The notes below the pieces were generated by a model that saw only the letters and a program-made list of their open reading frames with translations, was not told the DNA's origin and searched no databases. Both the position numbers and the translations under genes were made by a program. Of a DNA stretch of 64,000 bases, positions 27,800 through 38,339 are shown one piece after another. Position 1 is the first letter of the stretch; each line of letters begins with the position of its first letter. Source of the DNA: Acidimicrobiia bacterium (lineage in GTDB: Bacteria > Actinomycetota > Acidimicrobiia > Spongiisociales > ZC4RG35); assembly GCA_041747855.1 (NCBI GenBank), contig JBGTEJ010000055.1, forward strand, positions 3,909 to 67,908, read 5' to 3'.

Positions 27800-29047
27800 T
27801 CACTCCTCTTCAGGGACCGAGTACTCGAAAACAAGTTCTCCAATGCGGACTTCGTCACCTTCGTTGGCGCCTGCATCTGCAAGTGCCCTATCCAGTCCGA
27901 TTGACGACAAGCGGCGGGCAGCAATGTCGACGGCCTCGGGGAAGGTGAGATCTGCAAGTCTGACGGCCCGCTCGGCGACCCGTCCCTCGACCCGCCAGCC
28001 GCCTCCCTCCCTGCGAATGAGGAAGTCGGGGCCAAGCGGACGATGGAGCAGAAATCCCTGTCGGTCGGGGGCCGAACGCTCCGCCAGATCCACCGTGTCC
28101 GCGATTGCGTGTAGTGCTGGCTCGAGACCCTCACCTGTCACGGCAGACACCACGAAAGCGTGATCCGGGACCTCCGCACCTATCAACCCGGTGACATCCA
28201 GCGCATCGGATTTGTTGAGCAGAATTACCCGGGGTCGAGCAGCCAGCTCTGGCGAGTATCGGGTGATCTCGTTGTCGAGGATCCGCAACTGTTCGCCAGG
28301 GCCGACCTCTTGGGTCGGATCGAGGACCATGACCAACACCCTGGCCCGCTCAGTGTGTCGGAGAAACTCATGGCCCAGACCCCTCCCTTCGGATGCACCT
28401 TCGATGAGACCCGGGATGTCGGCAATCACGAGTTCCCGATTCCCGATCGTGGCGACCCCCAGATTGGGCTCCAGTGTGGTGAACGGATAGTCGGCGATCT
28501 TTGGCTTGGCCGCGGAGACCCGGGATATCAGGGTGGATTTCCCAGCATTGGGAAACCCGACCAAGGCAGCGTCGGCCAAGAGTTTGAGTTCCAAGGTCAG
28601 CCAAGCGTTCTCCCCAAATTCGCCCTGCTCGGCAACGGAAGGTGCCCGGTTGGCGGGAGTGACGAATCCAGCGTTGCCGAGACCCCCCCTTCCACCCTCG
28701 ACGGCGACGACCTGTTGTCCAGGCTCGACCAAGTCAGCGATCATCACACCGTCGTCGTCGAGTACGACTGTCCCAAGCGGAACCAGGAGTACAAGGTCGT
28801 CGCCGCTTCGCCCATGACGGAGGTCGCCCTGACCATGGGAGCCCGAACCGGCCGCGTGATGGGCATTCCTCTTGTATCTGAGCAGCGACGCTACTGAAGG
28901 GTCGGCGCGAAGGATCACTGACCCGCCGGGACCGCCACTTCCGCCAATAGGCTTACCTTTGGGCCTGCCTTTGGCTCTCACGAACGCGGCAACACCTGCC
29001 CCACCGTTCCCGGCGCGGAGGTTGACACGAACCCTGTCTATGAACAT
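27800..29047 (-). CDS. obgE: GTPase Obg/CgtA
   Basis: MFIDRVRVNLRAGNGGAGVAAF Obg fold, G1 GFPNAGKST, G3 DIPGLIEGA, and a C-terminal TGS-like/OCT domain. Confidence 0.92.
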   Translation of the reverse strand: MFIDRVRVNLRAGNGGAGVAAFVRAKGRPKGKPIGGSGGPGGSVILRADPSVASLLRYKRNAHHAAGSGSHGQGDLRHGRSGDDLVLLVPLGTVVLDDDGVMIADLVEPGQQVVAVEGGRGGLGNAGFVTPANRAPSVAEQGEFGENAWLTLELKLLADAALVGFPNAGKSTLISRVSAAKPKIADYPFTTLEPNLGVATIGNRELVIADIPGLIEGASEGRGLGHEFLRHTERARVLVMVLDPTQEVGPGEQLRILDNEITRYSPELAARPRVILLNKSDALDVTGLIGAEVPDHAFVVSAVTGEGLEPALHAIADTVDLAERSAPDRQGFLLHRPLGPDFLIRREGGGWRVEGRVAERAVRLADLTFPEAVDIAARRLSSIGLDRALADAGANEGDEVRIGELVFEYSVPEEE

Positions 29048-29094
29048 CAGGGGCTCCGATATCCGCCTAGGTCCCGAAGGAGGACCTGCGAGAT

Positions 29095-29346
29095 CTACTC
29101 GGGAAGGATTGAAACCTGGCGACGGCTGCCGCGAACACCGTACTTGACGGTCCCAGCAGCCGTGGCAAAGAGGGTGTCGTCGTTACCCCGGCCCACGTTC
29201 TCACCGGGATGAATCCTGGTCCCGCGCTGACGAACGATGATGGCACCGGCGTCGACGAACTGGCCGTCGAACACCTTGGCACCGAGACGCTGCGCATGTG
29301 AGTCGCGGCCGTTCTTCGAAGAACCGCCTGCCTTGGTCTTTGACAT
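29095..29346 (-). CDS. rpmA: 50S ribosomal protein L27
   Basis: [27 protein letters not shown]...[13 protein letters not shown]. Confidence 0.95.
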   Translation of the reverse strand: MSKTKAGGSSKNGRDSHAQRLGAKVFDGQFVDAGAIIVRQRGTRIHPGENVGRGNDDTLFATAAGTVKYGVRGSRRQVSILPE

Positions 29347-29349
29347 GGT

Positions 29350-29715
29350 CTACTCCTCCTCGGCCGCAGCCGCAGCCTCAGCCGCAGTCTTCTTGGTGGC
29401 ACCGGCAGGGAGCTTTATCCCAGTGATCTCGATCTGGGTGTACTTCTGACGGTGGCCCTGTCTGCGACGATAACCGGTCTTGTTCTTGTACTTGAAGATA
29501 TCGATTTTGGGCCCCGCTGACTCGCCGAGCACCTTTGCGGTGACGGTCGCCTTGGCCAGTGCGGACCGATCGGAGACAGTGTTTCCCTTGTCGTCGACGA
29601 CCAAAAGTGGAACGAACGACAACTTGCCGTCGTCGCTCTTCAATCGTTCGACTTCGATGACATCGCCCGACTGGACTTTCGTCTGCTTACCGCCGGTGCG
29701 GATGATGGCGTACAT
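29350..29715 (-). CDS. rplU: 50S ribosomal protein L21 (with Ala/Glu-rich C-terminal tail)
   Basis: MYAIIRTGGKQTKVQSGDVIEVERL from ATG 29715. The ORF-track start at 29778 adds 21 unlikely residues. Confidence 0.93.
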   Translation of the reverse strand: MYAIIRTGGKQTKVQSGDVIEVERLKSDDGKLSFVPLLVVDDKGNTVSDRSALAKATVTAKVLGESAGPKIDIFKYKNKTGYRRRQGHRQKYTQIEITGIKLPAGATKKTAAEAAAAAEEE

Positions 29716-29810
29716 GGTGAAACCTCTGTGAAGGGGGAGTCCGAGCATGAATGGTACCGGCGCCCCGCGATTGAGCAAAGTTGTTGTGTAAAGGGACGTC
29801 TATCGGCGTC

Positions 29811-31352
29811 CTAGTCGGCGTCGTAGTCGGCGCCGACCGATTCCACTTCGGCGCTGGGCCTCAACGAGTTATCGATGATCACACCACGACCAGCGCAATG
29901 TTCACACTTGTGAGAGAACTGCTCGAGGAGGCCGGCAGACACGTTCTTCCTCGTCATCTCGACGAGGCCCAGCTCTGATACATCGAAGACCTGCGTCCTC
30001 GTCTTGTCCTTGGCAAGTGTCTCCTTGAGACGTCGGAGCACCTTCTGCTGGTTCTCCAATGACTCCATGTCGATGAAGTCGATGACGATTATCCCGCCGA
30101 TGTCGCGCAGCCGCAGTTGTCGACCGATCTCTTCAGCCGCCTCGAGGTTGTTGTGCAAGACGGTTTCTTCGAGGTTGCTCGAGCCGACGAACTTGCCGGT
30201 GTTGACATCGATGACGGTCAACGCTTCGGTCCTGTCGATGACCAGATGTCCACCTGAAGGCAGGTAGACCTTTCGCTCCAATGCCTTCTTCAATTGGTCG
30301 TCGACGTGATAACGATCGAACACCGGGATCTCGTCTTCGTAAAGAGAGACTTTCGAGACCAGGTCGGGGGCTGTCGACTGGAGATAAGAGATGACGGTGT
30401 CGTGCGCCCGGCGATCGTCGATTAGCAACTTCCGGAAGTCGGCGGTGAAGTGCTCCCTGATCACCTTTATCAGCAGTTCAGGCTCCTCATGAACCAGTCT
30501 CGGAGCACCTCCGTGACCGGCCTCGATCTGGATCTGTTCCCACACTTTGGAGAGCCGGGAGATATCGGTGGCGATTTCCTCGGCTGACGCGTACTGGGCG
30601 GCAGTTCGAACGATCACGCCGAACCCCGGCGGCCGGACACTGTTGATCACCTCGCGGAGACGGGTCCTGTCATCGTCGGGAAGACGCCTACTGATCCCGA
30701 TGCTGTCGGACTCGGGCACCAATACCAGGTAGCGGCCCGGAACCGACGGGATCCCGGTCAAACGGGCGCCCTTGGCGCCCATCGCGTCCTTGGTGACCTG
30801 GACCAGAACCTCGTCGCCCTCCTTCAGGATCTGCTCGATACGCTTCTGACCCTTCGCCGACCCAGCCTGTGCAGCCACGTCCGAGGCATAGAGGACACCG
30901 TTCTTGGACGCTCCGAAGTCGAGGAAGGCGGCCTCCATCCCCGGAAGGACATTGCGGACCAGGGCAAGGTAAATGTTCCCCGCAACCGACCCCGAATCCT
31001 CCCTGGCCACATAGTGTTCGACCAAAACGGGGCCCTCGAGGATGACGATCTGGGTCTGGTTCCTACTGACACTCACCAGCATCTGCTTGCGGGACGACTC
31101 GACGGGAACGATGATCTCGTCGTCGGACGGACGTCTGGCTTGGGTCCTCGAAGTGGAGACACCGTTGCGGGTCCGGGGCTTCTCCTGCTTGTGACGCTTG
31201 GGCTTTTCGGTCCTGGGTTGGGATGGAGTGGCCTGGACCCGGCGCACCTCCACCTTCTGTCCTCTTACGTTGACAGTCTTGGTTTCCTCGACAGTCCCCT
31301 CTGATGAGGACTTGCGGACAATCTCGGGGCCCTTCTTGCGGAACAGAGCCAT
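29811..31352 (-). CDS. ribonuclease E/G family endoribonuclease
   Basis: 513 aa. Basic ~90-aa N-terminal extension, S1 domain (GNIYLALVRNVLPGMEAAFLDFG), and DNase I-like and Zn-link regions (VIDVNTGKF, CEHCAGRG). Confidence 0.88.
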   Translation of the reverse strand: MALFRKKGPEIVRKSSSEGTVEETKTVNVRGQKVEVRRVQATPSQPRTEKPKRHKQEKPRTRNGVSTSRTQARRPSDDEIIVPVESSRKQMLVSVSRNQTQIVILEGPVLVEHYVAREDSGSVAGNIYLALVRNVLPGMEAAFLDFGASKNGVLYASDVAAQAGSAKGQKRIEQILKEGDEVLVQVTKDAMGAKGARLTGIPSVPGRYLVLVPESDSIGISRRLPDDDRTRLREVINSVRPPGFGVIVRTAAQYASAEEIATDISRLSKVWEQIQIEAGHGGAPRLVHEEPELLIKVIREHFTADFRKLLIDDRRAHDTVISYLQSTAPDLVSKVSLYEDEIPVFDRYHVDDQLKKALERKVYLPSGGHLVIDRTEALTVIDVNTGKFVGSSNLEETVLHNNLEAAEEIGRQLRLRDIGGIIVIDFIDMESLENQQKVLRRLKETLAKDKTRTQVFDVSELGLVEMTRKNVSAGLLEQFSHKCEHCAGRGVIIDNSLRPSAEVESVGADYDAD

Positions 31353-31600
31353 GTGGTTTCACTCCTCTGGATTTCACTTGTATGACCGCCCCTGGGCTCA
31401 TTCCTGGTGGGCAAAGGGGCGACGAACTTCGACGTGGACGCACGGGAACCCGCCTGCTCCAGGCAGGTCGGGTCGAACCTCAAAACGGTCGTCTGAAACG
31501 ACCGGAAATCATTGGCGAATAACACCCGATGACACTCCAGGAAAGGGAATGTGCGACGTCCGGTGGACAGGTGAAGGGTACCAGAGGAACCGGATTTGAC

Positions 31601-32191
31601 CTACTCACTGTCCGGAACAAGACGCGGCTGCTCCGGTTCAGTCGGGTCGTAACACATGCGGCATCGGGCCTCATAGGCATCCTGAGCCCCAAGCACGACC
31701 AGTTGGTCCGAACGGACCATGCGCTGCGTGTAGAGGGCCGGGCCACCACACCGGTGGCACACAGCAAGCATCTTGGTCACATACTCGGCTCGGTCGCTGA
31801 GCGTCGGGATCGGTTCGAAGGGTCGTCGCAGATAGTCGGTGTCGAGCCCGGCGACGATGACCTGGATGCCAGTGGCGGCGAGATTGTCGACGATATCAAC
31901 GAGACCAGCGTCGAAGAATTGACCTTCGTCGATCCCAATGACCCGGGTGGAGTCCTTGATCTGTTTGAGCATGTGAGTCGAGCCTTCGACCGGAGTGGCC
32001 TCGATCTTCAATGCGGAGTGGGAGACGACCTCGGATTCTGCGTAGCGATCATCGATCTTGGGTTTGAAGACCTGGACGGGGATCCGGGCAATCTTGGATC
32101 GGGTCACTCGACGTATGAGTTCCTCGCTCTTTCCCGAGAACATCGGGCCGCAGATCACCTCGACCCATCCGTCATGACTTGGTCTTCGCAT
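31601..32191 (-). CDS. tdk: thymidine kinase
   Basis: GPMFSGKSEELIRR P-loop, IGIDEGQFF, and C-terminal CxxC...CxxC zinc site. Confidence 0.92.
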   Translation of the reverse strand: MRRPSHDGWVEVICGPMFSGKSEELIRRVTRSKIARIPVQVFKPKIDDRYAESEVVSHSALKIEATPVEGSTHMLKQIKDSTRVIGIDEGQFFDAGLVDIVDNLAATGIQVIVAGLDTDYLRRPFEPIPTLSDRAEYVTKMLAVCHRCGGPALYTQRMVRSDQLVVLGAQDAYEARCRMCYDPTEPEQPRLVPDSE

Positions 32192-32221
32192 CGGGTGCGA
32201 GCGTAGTAGCGGCTCGCGCAG

Positions 32222-33379
32222 CTAGATCAGCTGGTTCTCTGAAGGGACCGGCGTCCGCATCAGCCAGACCGAGTTTGCTATGCCCAGACCGATCGCCATT
32301 GCCATGTAAAACGATCCACCCTGACTGAGGAACGGCAAGGGCAGACCGGTGATTGGCATGATCCCGATCGTCATCCCGACGTTCACGAATACATGGAACA
32401 CGATCATCGCGGCGACTCCGACCGCGATCAGAGCACCGAAACGGTCTCTCGCATTGGTGGCGATGACCAGCAGGCGCCAGACGATGATGGCAAAGAGCGC
32501 AAGGACAACCAGTCCCCCGACCAATCCGAGCTGTTCTCCGACTGCCGTGAAGATGAAGTCTGTCCCCTGCTCGGGGACATACTCGAAATGGGTCAAGGTC
32601 CCATCGCGAAACATGCCCTTGCCGAAGATCTGCCCAGAACCGATCGCCCTCTTGGATTGGGAGAGCTGATAGCAGAGATCGAGAGGGTCGCTGTCCGGTT
32701 GGACCAAGCAACGGAGACGGTCCATCTGGTAGCTCGAGAGGAGGTTGAGCTCGAGCACCGCGACGATGGAGAGGACTCCCCCTCCGAAGAGGGCAGCCAT
32801 CTGACGCCAGGAGCCCCCGGCAGCGAACAGGAGGGTGATCAGGATGAACCCGAACACCAGGGTGGTGCCGAGGTCAGGTTGGCGGTAGATCAGGATCCCG
32901 GGCACCGCTGTGATCAAGATGGCGATGCCGATCTTTCGCCAGGTCACCTTGCGTTGGAGAGGATCCTCGTCTCGGCTCGATGGAGCCAGAAGACTGGCGA
33001 GGACGATGATCACTGCCACCTTGGCAAACTCGGCTGGTTGGAGATTGAAGAAGCCCAGGGGTATCCAACGGTTCACATCGTTCACCGGGTCGAAGAAAAA
33101 GACGGCGACGAGGAGAAGGAGGATCACACCCGAGAATATCGGGATCATGCTCCGGTACTCGCGGTAGTCGATGTTCGAGAAGATCATGAACATGAGAAAG
33201 CCAGCGGCGACAAAGATCATCTGGCGCTCCATCGAGAAGGTCCCAGTGTTTCGAGTCGCGGAGAGAATCATGACCAACCCGATGGCCGACAGGGCGATCA
33301 TCGTGAGTAGGAGGATCCAGTCGGAACGGTTGCCCCGTCTAACTACAGCGACCTCACGGACACGGCTGAGAACGGTCAT
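32222..33379 (-). CDS. rodA: rod shape-determining SEDS protein RodA
   Basis: FtsW/RodA family with 10 TM segments and the PITGLPLPFLSQGGS motif. It follows mrdA with a 1-nt overlap. Confidence 0.88.
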   Translation of the reverse strand: MTVLSRVREVAVVRRGNRSDWILLLTMIALSAIGLVMILSATRNTGTFSMERQMIFVAAGFLMFMIFSNIDYREYRSMIPIFSGVILLLLVAVFFFDPVNDVNRWIPLGFFNLQPAEFAKVAVIIVLASLLAPSSRDEDPLQRKVTWRKIGIAILITAVPGILIYRQPDLGTTLVFGFILITLLFAAGGSWRQMAALFGGGVLSIVAVLELNLLSSYQMDRLRCLVQPDSDPLDLCYQLSQSKRAIGSGQIFGKGMFRDGTLTHFEYVPEQGTDFIFTAVGEQLGLVGGLVVLALFAIIVWRLLVIATNARDRFGALIAVGVAAMIVFHVFVNVGMTIGIMPITGLPLPFLSQGGSFYMAMAIGLGIANSVWLMRTPVPSENQLI

Positions 33380-35346
33380 CAGTCGGTGTCGTCCCCGGCG
33401 ACGATGGGTGTGATCGGGTTGCCCATCAAGAATTGGAGAACCTGGCGTCCGACTGGGGCGGCAATACGACCTCCGGAACCACCTTCGTCGATCAACACCA
33501 CAACCACGTACCTTGGGTTGTCGATCGGGGCCACTCCAACAAACCAGGCATGATTGTCCCGGGTCGCGGTCGACTCGCCGGTCCCGGTTTTGCCACCCAC
33601 CTGGTTGAGTCCTTCACCAAAGCTGGCAAATGCACCACGCGCGGTTCCTGTGGCGACGACGCGGCCCAGGTCGGTGAGAAGGTTTCGGCGCGTCTCTTCG
33701 CTGATGTCGAGGGTTCGAACCAGGTCACCCACGACACGGGTCCTCTCCCCGTTCGGGCCGACTATCTCCTTAACTACCCGGGGCTCGTAGACCCGACCGC
33801 CGTTGATGAGAGCGGCGTAGGAAACCGCAACCTGAAGGGGGGTGGCGGTGAAGGCGCCCTGGCCAATGGCGAAGTCCATGAGGTCGCCGCCCTGCCAGGG
33901 GCTGGCAAAGGTGAGCCGGCCCGGGTCGAGCCGTGGGGGCCGGTCCGGATTGGCGAGCTGAAACTCTTTCCACTCCTCGAACAGTTCCCTCGTCGGGACA
34001 ATCCCGGCCGCCTCACTCACCAGATCGATGCCGGTGTGCGATCCGTAGCCAAGCTGTTTGGCCCAGTCCTGGATGACTGTCTCGTCCGGATGTCCCGCAG
34101 GGAAGGCCCGGTAGGTTCCCAGGCCGGCGGACCAGAAGTACATGTTGCAAGAGTTCACCAGGGCCTGGTGGATACTGAACCAACCCAGGTTTCTCGGGTA
34201 GTACCAGTCGAATTTGATCTGCGCCGAGCCGTCAGCGAGGGTCGGCAGCTCCAGCGAACCGGAACAATGCACCTGCCTGGTTGTCGGGTCGATCCCTTCG
34301 GTGTCTTCAGGAAACGGGAGGTTCTCCTCCTCGATGACGGTGTACGTGATTGCCTTGAACGTGGACGCCGGTGGATATAGACCGTTGATCGCGAGATTGT
34401 TGAATGCTCGTGCCTCGTTGAGGGCCGAGAACGTCTCCGAGTCGAGTCCGGCGACGAACAGTTGCGGGTTGAAATCGGGGAGGGAAACGGAAGCCAGGAC
34501 CTCGAAGTTCTGGGCGTCGAGGACCACTACAGCGCCACGCTGAGTCACGTTGAAGACTTCCTGCCCGGCGGCCCGGTCCTTGTCCTTCTCCTGGTTGGAC
34601 AGGGCTATTCCGTCGGTCAGCGCTTGTCGGACAAGTTCTTGCAACTCCAGATCGAGAGTGAGGGTCACAGAACTCCCCTGGAGTGCACTGATCGACGGTC
34701 GACTGTCGATGATCTCCCCGCGTCGGGCCCGGTACTCGAAGTAGCCCGGGGTGCCACGTAGATACTGTTCGTAGGCCTTCTCCACTCCGAGCTTCCCGAT
34801 TCGAATGGTCGGGTCGATCGCTTCGTCCTGCTCCATATCGGTTGCATCAGGCAAGCCCAGGTGCCCCATGACATGGGCAAGGGTCGGGCCCGATAGGTAG
34901 ATACGTTCAGGAACTCTCACGACCTCCACACCTGGTAGGAACGCGAGGCTCTCATTGACCCGCTGGGCGATCTCGACAGACACAGTGGTCACCTGGAACC
35001 GACCGTTGATACCCGCTGCTTCGTAGGAGGTCTCGAGTTCGGCCCGGTCCAAGGCCAGGAGCGCCGAGAGCCTGTCCAACATGGGAATCTTCCAGTCTGG
35101 CTGAACGAAAGTCCGGTCGATCCACACGGCTGGCACCACCCTGGTGGTGGCCAAGATGACACCGTTGCGGTCGTAAATATCGCCTCGTGGCGCTTGGACA
35201 GACTTGCGGATCCATGTCTGTTCGACGGCTGCCTGAGCTATGGCGGGGCCCTCGGCAACCTGGACGAACCACAGCCGCAGCCCGATGAGAGAGAACATGG
35301 ATATGAACACCAGCCCGATGACGCTGAGACGGACGGCAAATCTCAT
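33379..35346 (-). CDS. mrdA: penicillin-binding protein 2 (elongasome transpeptidase)
   Basis: MRFAVRLSVIGLVFISMF anchor from ATG 35346, with STFK, SCN and KTGT motifs. The upstream ORF extension overlaps mreD and is not credible. Confidence 0.88.
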   Translation of the reverse strand: MRFAVRLSVIGLVFISMFSLIGLRLWFVQVAEGPAIAQAAVEQTWIRKSVQAPRGDIYDRNGVILATTRVVPAVWIDRTFVQPDWKIPMLDRLSALLALDRAELETSYEAAGINGRFQVTTVSVEIAQRVNESLAFLPGVEVVRVPERIYLSGPTLAHVMGHLGLPDATDMEQDEAIDPTIRIGKLGVEKAYEQYLRGTPGYFEYRARRGEIIDSRPSISALQGSSVTLTLDLELQELVRQALTDGIALSNQEKDKDRAAGQEVFNVTQRGAVVVLDAQNFEVLASVSLPDFNPQLFVAGLDSETFSALNEARAFNNLAINGLYPPASTFKAITYTVIEEENLPFPEDTEGIDPTTRQVHCSGSLELPTLADGSAQIKFDWYYPRNLGWFSIHQALVNSCNMYFWSAGLGTYRAFPAGHPDETVIQDWAKQLGYGSHTGIDLVSEAAGIVPTRELFEEWKEFQLANPDRPPRLDPGRLTFASPWQGGDLMDFAIGQGAFTATPLQVAVSYAALINGGRVYEPRVVKEIVGPNGERTRVVGDLVRTLDISEETRRNLLTDLGRVVATGTARGAFASFGEGLNQVGGKTGTGESTATRDNHAWFVGVAPIDNPRYVVVVLIDEGGSGGRIAAPVGRQVLQFLMGNPITPIVAGDDTD

Positions 35347-35846
35347 GTGTACCCGAAGATCCCTGAGTCTCGGTCGACCACCCTGACCACGAGACCGGAG
35401 AGGAGTGCGGCCAGGATCATGTTGGCCAGCGGGACCACAATCAACCTCTGCCCAATCTCCGGGCCCACCAGGTTTGTCTGACCAAACAACGTTCCGATCA
35501 CCACAAGCAGCACCAGACCGATGAAAGTGAGCAGACCCGCCCAGATCGTGGTGGCAAACCGCCCGATCTCGGCCTGGGAACGGGTTCGCACCGCGATGTA
35601 GGCGACACAAGCGAAGACCAGGGCACGCAGACCGATCAGCGAGGAGCCCAGAAGATCGACGATCAACCCTGATCCGAAGGCAACCACCAAAACCAACTCA
35701 CCCCGGGTGCGAGTCAGGGCCAGCAGGATGACCACCAGCAGGGTTAGATCAGGCACTACCACACGCAAGCGCCCGAATAGCGTGGTCTGGACAACTATGG
35801 CCATGACGACGAGCGTTGCGACCACGAGGCCCCTCGGGACTCTCAT
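35343..35846 (-). CDS. mreD: rod shape-determining protein MreD
   Basis: About 167 aa of hydrophobic helices. ATG 35846 overlaps the mreC stop, and the gene sits between mreC and mrdA. Confidence 0.75.
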   Translation of the reverse strand: MRVPRGLVVATLVVMAIVVQTTLFGRLRVVVPDLTLLVVILLALTRTRGELVLVVAFGSGLIVDLLGSSLIGLRALVFACVAYIAVRTRSQAEIGRFATTIWAGLLTFIGLVLLVVIGTLFGQTNLVGPEIGQRLIVVPLANMILAALLSGLVVRVVDRDSGIFGYT

Positions 35847-36772
35847 CCACCCCCTCCTGTCGTCGAGGTGTCCCCGGGAAGTGTCGTCGAGCCATCCTCG
35901 GGCACCGTGGTGGTAGTCGTCGTTGGCTCGGCTCCGGCAGTGACCGGATCCGGTGGCCAAGCCAGCACCACCACGAGTCTGAGGATCTCCGGATTGACAA
36001 AAGGTCTGACCAGCAACGTGAGCCCGTCGAGTGTCGGCACTCCATCATCCACGACTTCACCCACGGGCCAGCCGGACGGGAAACGGAGAGACCCGGCGGA
36101 GGTCAGAACACGGTCCCCTGCCAGTACCGGCTCCCGGGCACTGAATGAGTCGAACCGCATGAGAATCGAACCGGTCTGGGCGACCAATGAACCTTCTTGC
36201 TCCCCCACGATCACAGTAAGCCCTTGTCGGTTGGCGGTGATCGGCACCACCGTGGCGGTCCACCGGGTAACCGACCTGATGGTCCCGACCACGTTGCCGT
36301 AGGGGTCGACAACAGGTTGGTTCATAGCGATCCCGTGGGCAGTCCCCTTGTCGATGATCAACGCTCCATCGATTGCGTCAGGGCGACCGATGACGTTGGC
36401 CACCGTCCTGCCAAGGTCGCTTCCTGCAGCTCGCAGATCGAAGATCTTCTCGAATAGCTCCACACGGACCGCCAGGTCTCTCATGGCGTTCAACTCAGCA
36501 CGCGCCTCCAGAAGTTCCTGGCGGAGAGCCTCGTTCTCCTGACGCATGTTGGCGACGTTGGCGAGGGAGTTGATCAGGTCGACAACGGGCGTAACGACGA
36601 ACGCTGCCGTTTTCTGAAGTGGCGCTGCCAGGGTCTGAGTCCCTGTCCTCAGGACGGCGACAAGACCGGTCCCCTGGCTACGTACGTCGTAGGTCATCAT
36701 GAGGATACCGACGACCATCAAAGTCACCAGTGTGGCGAGGGTGCGACGGCCGGGGGGCTCTCGGTTCAGCAT
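35843..36772 (-). CDS. mreC: rod shape-determining protein MreC
   Basis: N-terminal TM, coiled coil (ENEALRQELLEARAEL), beta-rich core and a Thr/Gly-rich tail. Located downstream of mreB. Confidence 0.85.
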   Translation of the reverse strand: MLNREPPGRRTLATLVTLMVVGILMMTYDVRSQGTGLVAVLRTGTQTLAAPLQKTAAFVVTPVVDLINSLANVANMRQENEALRQELLEARAELNAMRDLAVRVELFEKIFDLRAAGSDLGRTVANVIGRPDAIDGALIIDKGTAHGIAMNQPVVDPYGNVVGTIRSVTRWTATVVPITANRQGLTVIVGEQEGSLVAQTGSILMRFDSFSAREPVLAGDRVLTSAGSLRFPSGWPVGEVVDDGVPTLDGLTLLVRPFVNPEILRLVVVLAWPPDPVTAGAEPTTTTTTVPEDGSTTLPGDTSTTGGGG

Positions 36773-36794
36773 TGGCCGAGACGGATGACGGGGC

Positions 36795-37826
36795 TCACGG
36801 CCGGGCCGACGACACCAGCACCTGGTGCAAGGTGTCGAATTCCTCCAGGCATTTCCCCGAGCCGAGCACCACCGAGTGCAGCGGGTTGGCTGCGGTCACG
36901 ATGGGCATCCCCGTCTCGTGGGCCAGACGTAAATCCAGCCCGATCAATAGTGCCCCTCCACCGGTCAGCACAATCCCACGCTCGACGATGTCAGCAGCCA
37001 GCTCGGGTGGTGTCTTGTCAAGTGTGTACTTGACGGCATCAACAACCGCCTGGGTGGGCTCCTCCAGTGCTTCTCTTACCTCCGAACTGGAGATCTGGAT
37101 CGTCTTGGGCAGACCACTCACCAGGTCGCGCCCCCTCACTTCAGCAAACGGCTCGTCGGCATATGGCCAGGCCGAACCTATCTTCATCTTGATCTGCTCG
37201 GCGGTACGTTCTCCCACGAGAACGTTGTGCTCCTTCTTGATCCAGGCGATCAATGCGGTGTCGAGTTCATCACCTGCGATCTTGATCGAGCGAGACTCCA
37301 CGATCCCACCAAGAGAGATAACGGCTACTTCGGTCGTGCCACCCCCGATGTCGACGACCATAGACCCTGACGGCTCTGCGATCGGCAAACCACACCCGAT
37401 GGCCGCTGCCATTGGTTCCTCGATGGTGTAGGCACGTCTGGCACCGGCGTGGTAGGCGGCCTCCTCGACCGCACGACGTTCCACCGGGGTGATCCCTGAG
37501 GGCACACAGACCACGATCCTGGGTCTTGCCCACTTCCTCCGGTGAACCTTCTGAATGAAGTATCGGAGCATCTTCTCAGTCACATCGAAGTCGGCGATCA
37601 CGCCGTCGCGAAGGGGGCGGATGGCGGTGATGTACTCAGGGGTCCGCCCGATCATCCGTTTGGCCTCGGTTCCGACGGCAAGCGCCTTACCTGTCCGCTG
37701 ATTGATCGCGACAACCGAAGGCTCATTGAGGACGATGCCACGACCCCGGACATAGACCAGTGTGTTGGCCGTGCCAAGGTCGATGGCCATGTCCTGGCCG
37801 GCGAAAGACAATAGGGTTTCAGCCAT
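36795..37826 (-). CDS. mreB: actin-like rod shape-determining protein MreB
   Basis: [32 protein letters not shown] and [11 protein letters not shown] motifs. Confidence 0.95.
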   Translation of the reverse strand: MAETLLSFAGQDMAIDLGTANTLVYVRGRGIVLNEPSVVAINQRTGKALAVGTEAKRMIGRTPEYITAIRPLRDGVIADFDVTEKMLRYFIQKVHRRKWARPRIVVCVPSGITPVERRAVEEAAYHAGARRAYTIEEPMAAAIGCGLPIAEPSGSMVVDIGGGTTEVAVISLGGIVESRSIKIAGDELDTALIAWIKKEHNVLVGERTAEQIKMKIGSAWPYADEPFAEVRGRDLVSGLPKTIQISSSEVREALEEPTQAVVDAVKYTLDKTPPELAADIVERGIVLTGGGALLIGLDLRLAHETGMPIVTAANPLHSVVLGSGKCLEEFDTLHQVLVSSARP

Positions 37827-37895
37827 ATGCAGGTGACTCCCTGAGAGACCTGCCGATTCTAGGTGCCGACCGTGAGTTGTGCCATAGGCGCCCCC

Positions 37896-38300
37896 CTAAC
37901 CGAAGAAGATCCCCAGTTCGCGGACTGCGCTCTCTGGCCCATCCGAACCGTGAACCAGGTTCGTGGTCACCACCAGCCCGAAGTCGGCGCGGATTGTCCC
38001 CGGAGCAGCCTGGTTGGGGTCGGTGGCACCCATCAGACTTCTGGCCACGGAGATCGCTGACTCGCCAGACCACTCCATGGCCACCACCGGTCCCGACGTG
38101 ATGAATTCGAGAAGCTCGGGAAAGAAGGGCTTCTCGACGTGCTCGGCGTAGTGATGTCTCGCCAGAGCTTCGTCGAACGTCAGCATCCTGATCCGCTGAA
38201 GCTCCAGACCCTTGCGCTCGAACCTGCCGATGATTTCACCAACCAAACCACGGGCCACACCGTCCGGCTTGATCATCACGAATGTGCTTTCGATTGCCAT
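37896..38300 (-). CDS. ndk: nucleoside diphosphate kinase
   Basis: [29 protein letters not shown] and NLVHGSD containing the catalytic His. Confidence 0.95.
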   Translation of the reverse strand: MAIESTFVMIKPDGVARGLVGEIIGRFERKGLELQRIRMLTFDEALARHHYAEHVEKPFFPELLEFITSGPVVAMEWSGESAISVARSLMGATDPNQAAPGTIRADFGLVVTTNLVHGSDGPESAVRELGIFFG

Positions 38301-38339
38301 ATCGACTTACGGTATCCAACCTGAGGGCGGAGGCGAAGC

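Noticed and set aside
31353-31600. Possible structured autoregulatory 5' UTR of the RNase E/G gene
   Set aside because: The 248-nt gap is plausible by analogy with E. coli rne, but I could not identify a convincing conserved structure by eye, so I do not report it as a feature.
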